DNA of 64,000 nucleotides. Source: Patescibacteria group bacterium. GTDB taxonomy: Bacteria; Patescibacteriota; Microgenomatia; UBA10105; UBA927. The notes beneath the pieces are model-generated. The model made no database searches, was not told the DNA's origin, and worked only from the letters and a program-made list of their open reading frames with translations. Location: the NCBI GenBank assembly GCA_049322955.1, contig JBMOPU010000012.1, positions 788,791 through 852,790 of the forward strand. Reading direction: 5' to 3'. The position numbers and the translations under genes are program-made. Below are positions 19,617 to 29,201 of this stretch, piece after piece (position 1 is the stretch's first letter; each line of letters opens with the position of its first letter).

Positions 19617-20336
19617 CTACGTTCTTGCGGCTATTTGCTCGCTAAATCGTTTTCCCAAACGACTCTGCACTCCGTTAACAAGATTTGTATGCAACACCAA
19701 CGGAAGCGTTAATTCATACGCCTCCCGTCGTTCCCGCTGGTGCACAAATTTGGCGCGCCAAATGTTTTTTGCCGGTTCTACCGTAAATTCATCCATCCGT
19801 ACCCCCGATCTTGCAAACGCTCTTCTCAACCAATCTTCTCCGTTCCCTCTTTTTTTGAAGAGTTCGACAAAAGGCAACGGTTCGATAAATCTACCGAAAA
19901 GATCAGCCTCAACAATTTGATCGTCGGTATTCATCGTGATACTCGGCGTATGCCCGATCCAATGCACCGAAAGTCTGCTGGAGTCACGCCGCCCTTTGTC
20001 CCCATTCCATGCAATCGTGAAATTCGGCATCGCATCAAGTTGTGCACCGACTCGTGCCGACCATCCGCCGTCGGCAAAATATTCATGCACGTTATGGTAT
20101 ATGTGATCCATACGCCTGCCCGTTTGTGCATACACCCCCACATAATCAAATGGGTAGTGGGTATTGAGGGGAGTGAACGTCGTACCGGTATTATTCACCA
20201 AGAGATCTTTTAACGTATTTGGAGGCGCCTCCTCGCCGAATAAACCGGGAAGCTTTAACCTGAGATCGGGAATGACCCGATCCCGCGAAAGCACCGTCTC
20301 ACGAGTATCTCCAAATGATTCGATCAATAATGCCAT
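19617..20336 (-). CDS. Hypothetical protein
   Basis: 239 aa ORF filling the interval, no recognisable motif. Confidence 0.65.
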   Translation of the reverse strand: MALLIESFGDTRETVLSRDRVIPDLRLKLPGLFGEEAPPNTLKDLLVNNTGTTFTPLNTHYPFDYVGVYAQTGRRMDHIYHNVHEYFADGGWSARVGAQLDAMPNFTIAWNGDKGRRDSSRLSVHWIGHTPSITMNTDDQIVEADLFGRFIEPLPFVELFKKRGNGEDWLRRAFARSGVRMDEFTVEPAKNIWRAKFVHQRERREAYELTLPLVLHTNLVNGVQSRLGKRFSEQIAART

Positions 20337-20406
20337 GATGTGAAACTTTTGGGCAGACCCGGAAAACTATACCAGAAAATACATGAAAAGCGCAATGGAG
20401 CGCTCT

Positions 20407-21072
20407 TTATGGAGTAGGAGTAATTGTTGCAGATGAAGTAGCAACCGGCGGTTTTGTCGGGGTCGCCACGGGACATACGCCGCTCCATAATCCTTTATTA
20501 GCCTCACGGGCGTTTTTTTCTGCGGCGAGAAACGTATCAACATATGAAACATCAGGTGGGTATGTGCTGACATGCGCATAGCCTTCTTTCACCAGGTATT
20601 CATTGACCATGACGTCCCCTACCCATACATACCGAAGCAACCTGCCGAATTTATCCCGTTGCGATACGTCACGAACCAGTTCGACAACCTTTCCCTGCAC
20701 CAATTCTTTGTTTTTTGCGCTCGCTTCTTTGCCGTAGCACTGCACGGGTTTATTCGGCGCCACCGTTTCCGGCGTATCAACACCGATATAGCGCACCACC
20801 TCACCTCCCTCAATCTTTATCGTATCCCCGTCCACGACACTTACTACCGTCGCCAAGACTCCTCCGTGGGCTGGCACCGGCGTCGCCGACGGGCTGGCTA
20901 TTTGTGTTGTCGGCGTCGGTGTACCCTGCTCCGGTACCACTTGGGCAATCGGGTAGTATTGCGAAAATAACGTATAGCCGATCCCGGCAAACACCAGAAT
21001 GATCGTGGTTATCTGCACGGCACGCTTTTTTCCTATAAAGGGCTTAAGAAGCATCACGAGGGAATTTTTCAT
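20407..21072 (-). CDS. Membrane-anchored thermonuclease (SNase family)
   Basis: VVDGDTI, VRYIGVDTPE, RDKFGRLLRYV, AREANKGLW. Confidence 0.93.
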   Translation of the reverse strand: MKNSLVMLLKPFIGKKRAVQITTIILVFAGIGYTLFSQYYPIAQVVPEQGTPTPTTQIASPSATPVPAHGGVLATVVSVVDGDTIKIEGGEVVRYIGVDTPETVAPNKPVQCYGKEASAKNKELVQGKVVELVRDVSQRDKFGRLLRYVWVGDVMVNEYLVKEGYAHVSTYPPDVSYVDTFLAAEKNAREANKGLWSGVCPVATPTKPPVATSSATITPTP

Positions 21073-21135
21073 ATCTGCATTCACACGCATTATATGACGA
21101 TTGGGGTAACGAGTTCAAAAAAAGAGGAGTACAAC

Positions 21136-21567
21136 TTAGTTATATCCCGCTTGTGCCCATCGGGCGAGTGCTGATCCGCGTTTTACGGTGAGGAATCCCG
21201 TGCTATCAAGCCGTTCTTCATTGAGCGCGGGTGTTGCACCGTATGCCTGCAATTGCGCATGCCACATATCCGATTCACCCATAAAATATGCCAATCCAAA
21301 CGGATATTGCGTGTTACCGGTGTGCGGCATCGTAGCATCGTAATGCTTGCGTATATCGGGGGTCATAGGATTTGCTATGAGGAACAATCCGCTCTTCAAC
21401 CGTCGAAGCTCACCTTCCACAAACCGCAGAGGATGTTTGCGAAATTGTTTCGAGACTTCTGTCAGCATGTCGGAAAAAACCATCGGATCATACGACCGCT
21501 CAGCCCGGGCGACGAGCTCACGCACTGCGGCTTCTTCTTGGACGTTGGATCGCTCTATACGTGCCAT
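21136..21567 (-). CDS. Hypothetical protein
   Basis: 143 aa ORF with a TATATT-N8-ATG start. Confidence 0.65.
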   Translation of the reverse strand: MARIERSNVQEEAAVRELVARAERSYDPMVFSDMLTEVSKQFRKHPLRFVEGELRRLKSGLFLIANPMTPDIRKHYDATMPHTGNTQYPFGLAYFMGESDMWHAQLQAYGATPALNEERLDSTGFLTVKRGSALARWAQAGYN

Positions 21568-21657
21568 AGGGTGTAAATATACACAAATCGGAGGAAAAAA
21601 TCAAACTATGGGATTCCTCGTGATGCTCGCGGCAATAACGGGAATACGAACACATAC

Positions 21658-21734
21658 TGGTGGACCCGAGAGGACTTGAACCTCTGACCTTTTCAATGTC
21701 AATGAAACGCTCTAGCCAGCTGAGCTACGGGTCC
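21658..21734 (-). tRNA. tRNA-Val(GAC), CCA encoded
   Basis: Reverse complement GGACCCGTAGCTCAGCTGGCTAGAGCGTTTCATTGACATTGAAAAGGTCAGAGGTTCAAGTCCTCTCGGGTCCACCA. Confidence 0.96.
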
Positions 21735-21841
21735 ATTCCCGGTAGGAATTTGCATGTTTCCTTCCCGGTATTCACCCCTATTATACCCGCTTTTCCCCCG
21801 CTTGACCACCTCCCAGGAGTGCTCTACACTGGGAAACAGAT

Positions 21842-22405
21842 ATGTTGAAATGGCTCGGAAAGATGATTGCGGGTTTTTTTGATTTCCTCCAAGGGATTGT
21901 GGCTATCGCCGCGGTCATGGTTATGATTTATCTGTTTGTCATGTCCCCACAGGAAGTAAGCGGACATTCCATGGAGCCGAATTTCCATAATGGCGACTAT
22001 ATCCTCACCAATAAAATCGCCTACAAAATGACCAACCCCGCCCGCGGTGATATCGTCATATTTAAATCCCCCACCAACAAAGATATCGACTATATTAAGC
22101 GCGTGATCGGATTACCCGGTGAAACGGTCATGCTCAAGGATCAGAAATTTTATATAAACGGGAAACTTCTTGAGGAGCGCTACAACTACAATAAGCCCGT
22201 CTATGGCGGATCGTTTTTGCAGGAAGGGGTCGAAATTGTCGTTCCGGAAGGGTTCTATTTTGTCAGCGGAGACAATCGACCGGGAAGTTCCGATTCGCGC
22301 GAATTCGGTCCGGTATCCAAGTACGATTTCATCGGCAAAGCACTCCTCCGCTATTGGCCGACCAACTCGGCGGGTATCATCCCGCACCCCACTTACGACT
22401 TCTAA
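21842..22405 (+). CDS. lepB: Signal peptidase I
   Basis: SGHSMEP, RGDIVIF, YIKRVIGLPG, GDNRPGSSDSR. Confidence 0.95.
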   Translation: MLKWLGKMIAGFFDFLQGIVAIAAVMVMIYLFVMSPQEVSGHSMEPNFHNGDYILTNKIAYKMTNPARGDIVIFKSPTNKDIDYIKRVIGLPGETVMLKDQKFYINGKLLEERYNYNKPVYGGSFLQEGVEIVVPEGFYFVSGDNRPGSSDSREFGPVSKYDFIGKALLRYWPTNSAGIIPHPTYDF

Positions 22406-22443
22406 AAAGGGAAATTGCTTTTTTCGCGACGGGGAACTATCGC

Positions 22444-23256
22444 TTATTTGTCGCTCATTTTCTCGTGCATGTGCTTCAATGCTTGGCTCGTGGTTTCGAG
22501 GTTACCGCGAATCACAAACACGACGCGCGCTTCGACTTTGGATTGGGTGATCTTTACCAATCCGTTCACCGACTGCGCCAGATCACGGGCAATGGAATCC
22601 AGGTCATCACTATGGATGCGCTCGATCTTATGTGCGGGTGACTGTTCGCTTTTTGCCTTCATGCGACGGGCAAGGTCTTCCGCTCGACGCACCGACGCAC
22701 TCTCGGCAAGGATTGTCTTGTATGCGTCCACCATGAGCTTGACGTCATTTAAGCCGGCAATCGCCCGGGCATGCCCTTCGCTGATGGCATTTGATACGAG
22801 TCCGTCTTTGATTGCGTCAGGAAGCGCCAAAAGGCGCATGGTGTTAGAAACGTACGATTCGCTTTTCCCGATGCGTTTGGCGATACTGGTTACGGAAAGG
22901 CCGAATTCCTCGATTAATCGTTGGAATGCAAGCGCACGGTCGATCGGATTAAGATCAACCCGTTGCACGTTTTCCACGATGGCCATTTCAAGCATCCCCT
23001 TGGCGGATGTTTCCTTGATAAGCACCGGTACCGTGGTAAGACCGGCAATTTTTGAAGCTCGCCAGCGGCGTTCTCCCGCAATGATCTGATATCCCGCAGG
23101 TGTCTTAGCCACAACGAGCGGTTCGATAATGCCGTGTTCTTTGATGGAATCGACGAGGTCAGCAAGGAGGTCGGGAGCGATAAGTCCCCGCGGCTGGAGC
23201 GGGTTCGGTTGCAATAAGTCCAGGTCTAAATGAAGGATCTGTTGGGTGTCTGCCAT
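22444..23256 (-). CDS. parB: ParB/Spo0J partition protein
   Basis: PNPLQPR, IIAGERRWRA, ENVQRVDLNP, HTH, SEGHARA. Confidence 0.93.
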   Translation of the reverse strand: MADTQQILHLDLDLLQPNPLQPRGLIAPDLLADLVDSIKEHGIIEPLVVAKTPAGYQIIAGERRWRASKIAGLTTVPVLIKETSAKGMLEMAIVENVQRVDLNPIDRALAFQRLIEEFGLSVTSIAKRIGKSESYVSNTMRLLALPDAIKDGLVSNAISEGHARAIAGLNDVKLMVDAYKTILAESASVRRAEDLARRMKAKSEQSPAHKIERIHSDDLDSIARDLAQSVNGLVKITQSKVEARVVFVIRGNLETTSQALKHMHEKMSDK

Positions 23257-23517
23257 TTATTTTTCGTGCGAGGGCAAGACCGACACGTACCGTTTACCAC
23301 GTTTTGTGATAAAAGAAACCACGCCAGACATTGTGGCAAAGATCGTATAATCTTTTCCCATGTCTGTGCCGTTGCCCGGATAGAACTTCGTCCCCTTCTG
23401 TCGGACGATGACGTTGCCGGAAATACAATTCTGGCCGCCATAAATCTTCACGCCTAGACGCTTCGAAATTGAATCTTTGTTGCCTTTTGCGGTACCGCCT
23501 GCTTTTACGTGTGCCAT
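23257..23517 (-). CDS. rpmA: 50S ribosomal protein L27
   Basis: MAHVKAGG...KRLGVK...RQKGTKFYPG. Confidence 0.96.
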   Translation of the reverse strand: MAHVKAGGTAKGNKDSISKRLGVKIYGGQNCISGNVIVRQKGTKFYPGNGTDMGKDYTIFATMSGVVSFITKRGKRYVSVLPSHEK

Positions 23518-23565
23518 ATAACTTTTAACAAACTAATTTTTAACAATCACTACCGAAAAACCCGA

Positions 23566-24717
23566 TTACTTACTCTTTTGAAAAACGTAAAACTCGCGTT
23601 TTACGACTGCTTGCGGACGGCTATATTCTATAGGTCCAGCCATGAGAGTATATCCGAGGCTTTCACATCTGTCAACAACATTTTTCACGCGCATCACCGC
23701 GCGCTGGGTTGCATATGCAGGCATAGCCATCACAATTCTGCCGCCTTTTTTCATTACCGGTGCCCAATCTTTGAGTGCGCCGATATAGAGTTTCTCAAGT
23801 CCTTTCAGCACATTTTTAACTCGCTCGGGAGTGAGAACGGCGATGTTTTTGGTATCCACGGGTTCCCCCATAAACGGTTCGGTGACTATCGCATCAATAC
23901 TTGCCGGCGCGACATGTTTGGATATATGTGTTGCGTCGCCGACAAATACGTTGGCATAGAGCGGTGATGCCACCGGGTAATTTTTGCGGAGCCATTCAAG
24001 ATTTTTCTTGGTGTGACCGACGGCATCTTCGGAAATGTCGCACCCCACGACGTTTGATCCCCGCAACAATGCTTCGGCAAGAACCGTTCCCACGCCGCAA
24101 AACGGATCCAGAAGCATAGTCGTATGGGAAGAATCATGCGCGGCTATTGCGATATTGACGATCATTCGGGCAACCTTCGGGGGTAACATTCCCGCCTTGG
24201 GATCAACGGCAGGTCTGCCGAAATCCCGCTTATTCCAGTCTTCAAAATCCTGTACCGCCCGGGTTACCCCGATGCGATTTTGTTTCCCGACTTTTATAAT
24301 CACCAGCTCAACCACCTGTTGTTTGGCGACAACGACACTCGAGAGTGCCTCATCGTGTTTCGTCTCGACATAGCGGGCTATGATTCCCCGTTCGGTTAAT
24401 CGTTTCTTTACGGCGGCCGTAAGACCATGAGACACCTGCGTACCGTAGGCACTGATACCGAACGTTATATGATTATCGCGGGTTTCTTCAAGAAGGACCG
24501 ATACGATGAGATCTTCCGAATACTCCTCGATTTCATCATTTGCCGTCACGATTTTGACCGTTCCTCCTAGTCGTTGCATGATGTCGGCGGGATTGTCGGA
24601 AAAATCAGGGACACTCGCAATACCGGGCGCGATGAGGCTTGCAGTGGGATACAACGACGACAACTCCAAAAAAGACAAGTCGGGAGTTCTTCCAAAAATA
24701 AAGAGGGTTTGTTTCAT
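23566..24717 (-). CDS. Trm11/Trm14-like RNA methyltransferase (THUMP-like plus Rossmann)
   Basis: GMLPPKVARMIVN, LLDPFCGVGTVL, AIVTEPFMG. Confidence 0.8.
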   Translation of the reverse strand: MKQTLFIFGRTPDLSFLELSSLYPTASLIAPGIASVPDFSDNPADIMQRLGGTVKIVTANDEIEEYSEDLIVSVLLEETRDNHITFGISAYGTQVSHGLTAAVKKRLTERGIIARYVETKHDEALSSVVVAKQQVVELVIIKVGKQNRIGVTRAVQDFEDWNKRDFGRPAVDPKAGMLPPKVARMIVNIAIAAHDSSHTTMLLDPFCGVGTVLAEALLRGSNVVGCDISEDAVGHTKKNLEWLRKNYPVASPLYANVFVGDATHISKHVAPASIDAIVTEPFMGEPVDTKNIAVLTPERVKNVLKGLEKLYIGALKDWAPVMKKGGRIVMAMPAYATQRAVMRVKNVVDRCESLGYTLMAGPIEYSRPQAVVKREFYVFQKSK

Positions 24718-24720
24718 GCA

Positions 24721-25029
24721 TCAGGCGACTGCCGTCACCTCAAGCCTGGTCAACTGTGCACGGAATCCTCGCGCACGTCGGTATCGCACCTTAGACTTAA
24801 AGCGGTGGATATCGATCTTTTCGCCTTTTTCCTGGGCAATAATGGTTGCAGTCACTTTCGCACCGCTAACCGTGGGCTTGCCGACTTGAACCTTCTTACC
24901 GTCCTGTACGAGAAGGACGTCGGTGAATTCGACTTTGTCGCCGGCTTTGCCGTCAATCTTATCGACGGTGATAACCGACTTCTCACTGACCTTATATTGT
25001 TTGTTACCGATTCTTACAATAGCGAACAT
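24721..25029 (-). CDS. rplU: 50S ribosomal protein L21
   Basis: MFAIVRIGNKQYKV...VGKP...GFRAQLT. Confidence 0.96.
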   Translation of the reverse strand: MFAIVRIGNKQYKVSEKSVITVDKIDGKAGDKVEFTDVLLVQDGKKVQVGKPTVSGAKVTATIIAQEKGEKIDIHRFKSKVRYRRARGFRAQLTRLEVTAVA

Positions 25030-25053
25030 AGGTACATATTATATAGCTTCAGC

Positions 25054-26160
25054 CTATCCAATTGCAATGCTCCCGTTATCTTCGCCCTGTCGGCGAAGCG
25101 CCAGGAGGAATCCGAAGGCTATGCAAAGCGACAAAATCGAGCTTCCCCCGTAGGAAACGAACGGCAGAGTAATACCCGTAACGGGGATAATCCCCATATT
25201 CATACCCGCGTTAATGACGACTTGCGTCAGCAACACCCCAAAAAGTCCTATGGTGTAAAAAAAGACAAACGGATTACCGATCCTGCCCTTCACATAGGGT
25301 CGGATAAGTTGCCACAAGAGGATGGCGTAGAGAAAAAGCAGGATACACCCGCCCACGAATCCGAGTTCTTCAATGAGGGTGGCAAAAATAAAATCCGTAT
25401 GATACTCGGGAAGAAAACGCAGATGACTTTGCGTGCCCATGCCGAGTCCTCTGCCGAAGAGTTGGCCGCTCCCTACCGCTATCATGGCCTGCAACGCATT
25501 GTAGCCCGCACCCTGGGGGTCGGTGGCAGGGTTTAAGAAGGTAAAAATCCGGGCCTTCTGATATGCGGCAAGTGCTTTCCAGAAAAGCGGGAAGCCGATG
25601 ATCCCGATCAATCCCCCCAAACCGAAGAGGATTAACGGAAATCCTCCTGCAACAAGCATTGCCACCCAAGAAGCGGCATAGACAAGCGATGTCCCTAAAT
25701 CAGGTTGCCGAAAAACAAGAAGGAACGGAATACCGAATACCAACAGATGAAGCGGCAACGATCGCCATATGCGGGGAGAAAACATCACCGCCATGCGGGC
25801 AAACGACAAAATCACGAGCGGTTTGACAACTTCCGACGGTTGCAGTTGCATGCCGAATATGAAAATCCATCGCGACGAGCCGCGAATCGGCTCACCGAAG
25901 TATGAAGCGATCAGAAGGATGATCGACAGCACATACCCGTAGGGTGCGAACCACCAAAGCAGTATCGGATCGAGTTTGGAAGTGACGTACATGAGCACAC
26001 CGCCGAAAATAAGGAAGAAAAGTTGTTGCCAAAACAGACCGACATTGGTGGTAATGAGGCTAAAAAGCCCGATAAGCCCCAAAAGTACCAGCGACAAGAG
26101 GACAACCCAGTCTATGTGGTACTCTGCGTCGCGGTAACTATGTCCGTAGTTTCTCCCCAT
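25054..26160 (-). CDS. rodA: Rod shape-determining SEDS protein RodA
   Basis: QPSE, QPDLGT, DPQGAGYN, AVGSG, FLPEYHTDFIF, PVTGITLPFVSYGGSS; overlaps the ileS 3' end. Confidence 0.92.
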   Translation of the reverse strand: MGRNYGHSYRDAEYHIDWVVLLSLVLLGLIGLFSLITTNVGLFWQQLFFLIFGGVLMYVTSKLDPILLWWFAPYGYVLSIILLIASYFGEPIRGSSRWIFIFGMQLQPSEVVKPLVILSFARMAVMFSPRIWRSLPLHLLVFGIPFLLVFRQPDLGTSLVYAASWVAMLVAGGFPLILFGLGGLIGIIGFPLFWKALAAYQKARIFTFLNPATDPQGAGYNALQAMIAVGSGQLFGRGLGMGTQSHLRFLPEYHTDFIFATLIEELGFVGGCILLFLYAILLWQLIRPYVKGRIGNPFVFFYTIGLFGVLLTQVVINAGMNMGIIPVTGITLPFVSYGGSSILSLCIAFGFLLALRRQGEDNGSIAIG

Positions 26161-28955
26161 GTGATGTCGGTTGCTAACGTGTCGTTTTTGACTTCTTCAA
26201 GAAGTGTTTCGGGCAATGATTGATATTCTTTCGAAAGCACCAGCGATACCCTCTCGTCTATTTTACAACCTTTCGTTTTTCTTAGCATTTGAATCTCACG
26301 GACGAGTTTTCGTTTGTCTCCCTCCGCCTTGAGTTCCGGCGTTATTGTTGAGTCCACGGCCACCGAAAGTTCTTTGTCGGTTTTTACTACTTCACCGGTT
26401 TTTATGTTAAGTTCCTCAAGGAATACCGAGATAAGCTCACTCGTTAAATCGGTATGGGTTGCGGATGAAACCGTAATCTTTGCCAGCGGTTGCCGTATCG
26501 GGATGCCGAGCTCCTTGCGTTTGGCGTTGCCGAGTTCCGCAATGGTCTGTACAAACGTCATCTGTTCCTCAAGGGAATCATCAATAAATGGCGTATCAGC
26601 TACCGGCCAGGACGCAAGATGTACCGATTCGTCTCCGTCAACAAGGTTTTGGTAGATAAGTTCGGTGATAAACGGCGTTACCGGTGCCATGAGGCGCACG
26701 AGGTTGACGAGCACCCAACCGAATACTTCCTGCCCTGTCGTATCGGTTTGCAGTCGCGCTCTGCTTCTTCGTAAATACCACGTCGACAGTTCGGTAATAA
26801 ACGCAAGCAATAGTCGGCAGGTCAGCGTCGTATCATACCCGTCCATCGATGCGGTGGTGTCACTGATAAGCCGATTAAGCTTGCTCATGATCCATTTGTC
26901 GAGCACGTGTACGGGCACGGGGGCAACCGTCGGCGCCGCTGTTTTCACATACAGTTTATAAAAACTCACCACATTCCATAGGGTCGAAACAACCTTCTGA
27001 TACACTTCCTTTACCCCGTCTTCGGAAAAGTTCAGGTTCTCTGCTTTCATGACGACCGACGCCATGAGGTAAAACCGCAGAGCATCGACACCGTATTTTT
27101 CAAAAAGGAGCGACGGATCCGGATAATTCTTTTTGGACTTACTCATCTTCGTGCCGTCTTCGGCAAGGATCGTTCCCGTGGTCACCGCATTTTCAAACGT
27201 ATGGGTACCGAAAAGCCCGACCGACATCACATGAAGCGTATAAAACCATGCGCGTGTCTGTGCGATATATTCGGCGATAAATTGGGCAGGATGTGCGCTT
27301 TCAAATTCTTTCTTGTGCTCAAACGGATAGTGAAGCGAAGCATACGGCATACTGCCGCTTTCCACCCAACAGTCAAAGACTTCGGGGATCCGTTTGCCTT
27401 TGATCGTCTTTGCGTCATCCACCCATATTTCCAAATCATCCAGAAATTCCCGATGGATATCGGTGAGCGCATTTGCTTTGTCGGTATCGACCGCCCAGGT
27501 ACGCAGTTCTTCGAGCGATCCGATGACACGGGTGGTATTGGTCACGGGGTCCACCCAAACGGGCATCGGAGTTCCCCAGTAGCGTGAACGGGATATGTTC
27601 CAATCCGGTGCGGTTTCCAATCCTTTGCCGAAACGTCCGTGCTTTAAGTGTCCCGGGTACCAGTTGATTTGCTCGTTTTGCACAATCAGTTTTTCCTTGA
27701 GTTTTGCGATATCGATAAACCATGCGGGTACGGGCGCATGATATAGCCGCGTCTCACAGCGGTAACACACGGGTACACTGTGGAGTCGATCTTCATTGCG
27801 GTAGATAAGACCGCGTTTTGCCAAATCCTCATTGACCAGCGGATTTACTTTGAGCATAAACATCCCCGCCCAGGGAGTCACTTCGGGCTTCATTTTCCCT
27901 TCGCTATCGACATGCTCGACGAGCTGAATATGATGTTTGGTCATGACGCGGTAATCGTCTTCGCCATACACGGCAAGCGTGACGATACCCGTGCCTTCCG
28001 CATCGGCAACATACGGATCGGCAACCACGACTCCCGCGCGTTCTCCGGCTTTCCGGGGATAAAAGTCATAATGCAACTCAAACGTAAGCTTTTCCAGATC
28101 CTCACCCGTGTAGTGCCCGACAACTTCATACGGATCATTGTCCAACATCCCCAGCGTGCTTTCCGCCAAGATGTACTGCTCCCCTTTTTGTTTGACTTTA
28201 ACGTATTTCATGGTCGGATTAACGGCAAGCGCGGGAGTGGCAAGTTTATTCCACGGGGTTGTTGACCATGCGAGTAAGTACGTATTTTCTTCTCCGATCA
28301 CTTTATATTTGTAGGTGGTGGAAGGACCGTTCATGTCCTTGTAACTGTTATCCATGGCAATTTCAAAGTTAGAAAGCGGGGTGGCACACCGCGGGCAATA
28401 CAGGATAACTTTTCGTCCCTCATACACCAGATCTTTTTTGGTGAGTTCTTTAAACGCCCACCAGACGGATTCCATGAACGTCGCGTCCATGGTTTTATAG
28501 GAATGCTTAAAGTCCACCCATCTGCCGATTCTGCGGATGACTTTTTCCCATTCCGTATCAAAACGGAGAATGGCCGATCTGCATGCGGCGTTGAACTTAT
28601 CGATCCCCATCGCTTCGATACCTTTTTTGCCGCCGACAAGGCCGAGTTCTTTTTCGATCATGTTCTCGATGGGAATCCCATGACAATCCCATCCCCATAC
28701 CCGATCGACCCGATATCCTTTCATCGTCCAGTATCGCGGAATGACGTCTTTGATCGTCGAAGCTAATATGTGACCGTAGTGAGGGAGTCCGGTGGCAAAG
28801 GGAGGGCCGTCATAAAATACGTACCGTTTGTCTTCGGGGCGTTCGGAAACGGAACGCTCAAAGGCATGGGATTCATCCCAAAACGACAGCACATCGTGCT
28901 CGCTGGCAGGTATATCCAGCTTTTCCTGAAAATTATCTTTGCGTAATTTTGCCAT
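26112..28955 (-). CDS. ileS: Isoleucine--tRNA ligase, type 2
   Basis: DGPPFATGLPHYGH, GWDCHG, WNISRSRYWGTP, KMSKS; no C-terminal Zn finger. Confidence 0.97.
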   Translation of the reverse strand: MAKLRKDNFQEKLDIPASEHDVLSFWDESHAFERSVSERPEDKRYVFYDGPPFATGLPHYGHILASTIKDVIPRYWTMKGYRVDRVWGWDCHGIPIENMIEKELGLVGGKKGIEAMGIDKFNAACRSAILRFDTEWEKVIRRIGRWVDFKHSYKTMDATFMESVWWAFKELTKKDLVYEGRKVILYCPRCATPLSNFEIAMDNSYKDMNGPSTTYKYKVIGEENTYLLAWSTTPWNKLATPALAVNPTMKYVKVKQKGEQYILAESTLGMLDNDPYEVVGHYTGEDLEKLTFELHYDFYPRKAGERAGVVVADPYVADAEGTGIVTLAVYGEDDYRVMTKHHIQLVEHVDSEGKMKPEVTPWAGMFMLKVNPLVNEDLAKRGLIYRNEDRLHSVPVCYRCETRLYHAPVPAWFIDIAKLKEKLIVQNEQINWYPGHLKHGRFGKGLETAPDWNISRSRYWGTPMPVWVDPVTNTTRVIGSLEELRTWAVDTDKANALTDIHREFLDDLEIWVDDAKTIKGKRIPEVFDCWVESGSMPYASLHYPFEHKKEFESAHPAQFIAEYIAQTRAWFYTLHVMSVGLFGTHTFENAVTTGTILAEDGTKMSKSKKNYPDPSLLFEKYGVDALRFYLMASVVMKAENLNFSEDGVKEVYQKVVSTLWNVVSFYKLYVKTAAPTVAPVPVHVLDKWIMSKLNRLISDTTASMDGYDTTLTCRLLLAFITELSTWYLRRSRARLQTDTTGQEVFGWVLVNLVRLMAPVTPFITELIYQNLVDGDESVHLASWPVADTPFIDDSLEEQMTFVQTIAELGNAKRKELGIPIRQPLAKITVSSATHTDLTSELISVFLEELNIKTGEVVKTDKELSVAVDSTITPELKAEGDKRKLVREIQMLRKTKGCKIDERVSLVLSKEYQSLPETLLEEVKNDTLATDITWGETTDIVTATQSTT

Positions 28956-29130
28956 AAAAAAACCCGTCCTCTTGATAATACTATAAAGGACGAGTCGGCA
29001 AACACCGATCGTGGTACCACCTTTGTTGCTTCTTGAACTGCTATAACGGGCTTACCCGAGGAATTCTACTTTCTCATTTTTGAGATTTCTTTTCCCTGCC
29101 TTTCCCGGTGATAGCCGGGATCAATCGCAT
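28956..29130 (-). promoter_or_regulatory. Ile T-box riboswitch (ultrashort Stem I, AUC specifier) with terminator
   Basis: Minus strand: CCCGG-cuAUCa-CCGGG (specifier 29112-29110), AGUA Stem II, CGGGuaagCCCGUUA Stem IIA/B, AAAGG-UGGUACC-ACGA...UCGU-CCUUU antiterminator, cucguccu...aggacggg-U7; TGtTATACT promoter at 29150-29142. Confidence 0.93.
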
Positions 29131-29201
29131 TTCCATAAGCGAGTATAACAAATGCACCACTACGAAACAAGCCGTCGGAGAATAATAAACGAAGCGTTCG
29201 A

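Noticed and set aside
23522-23550. Direct repeat ttttaacaa twice upstream of rpmA
   Set aside because: Short AT-rich match; could be a translation enhancer but not supportable
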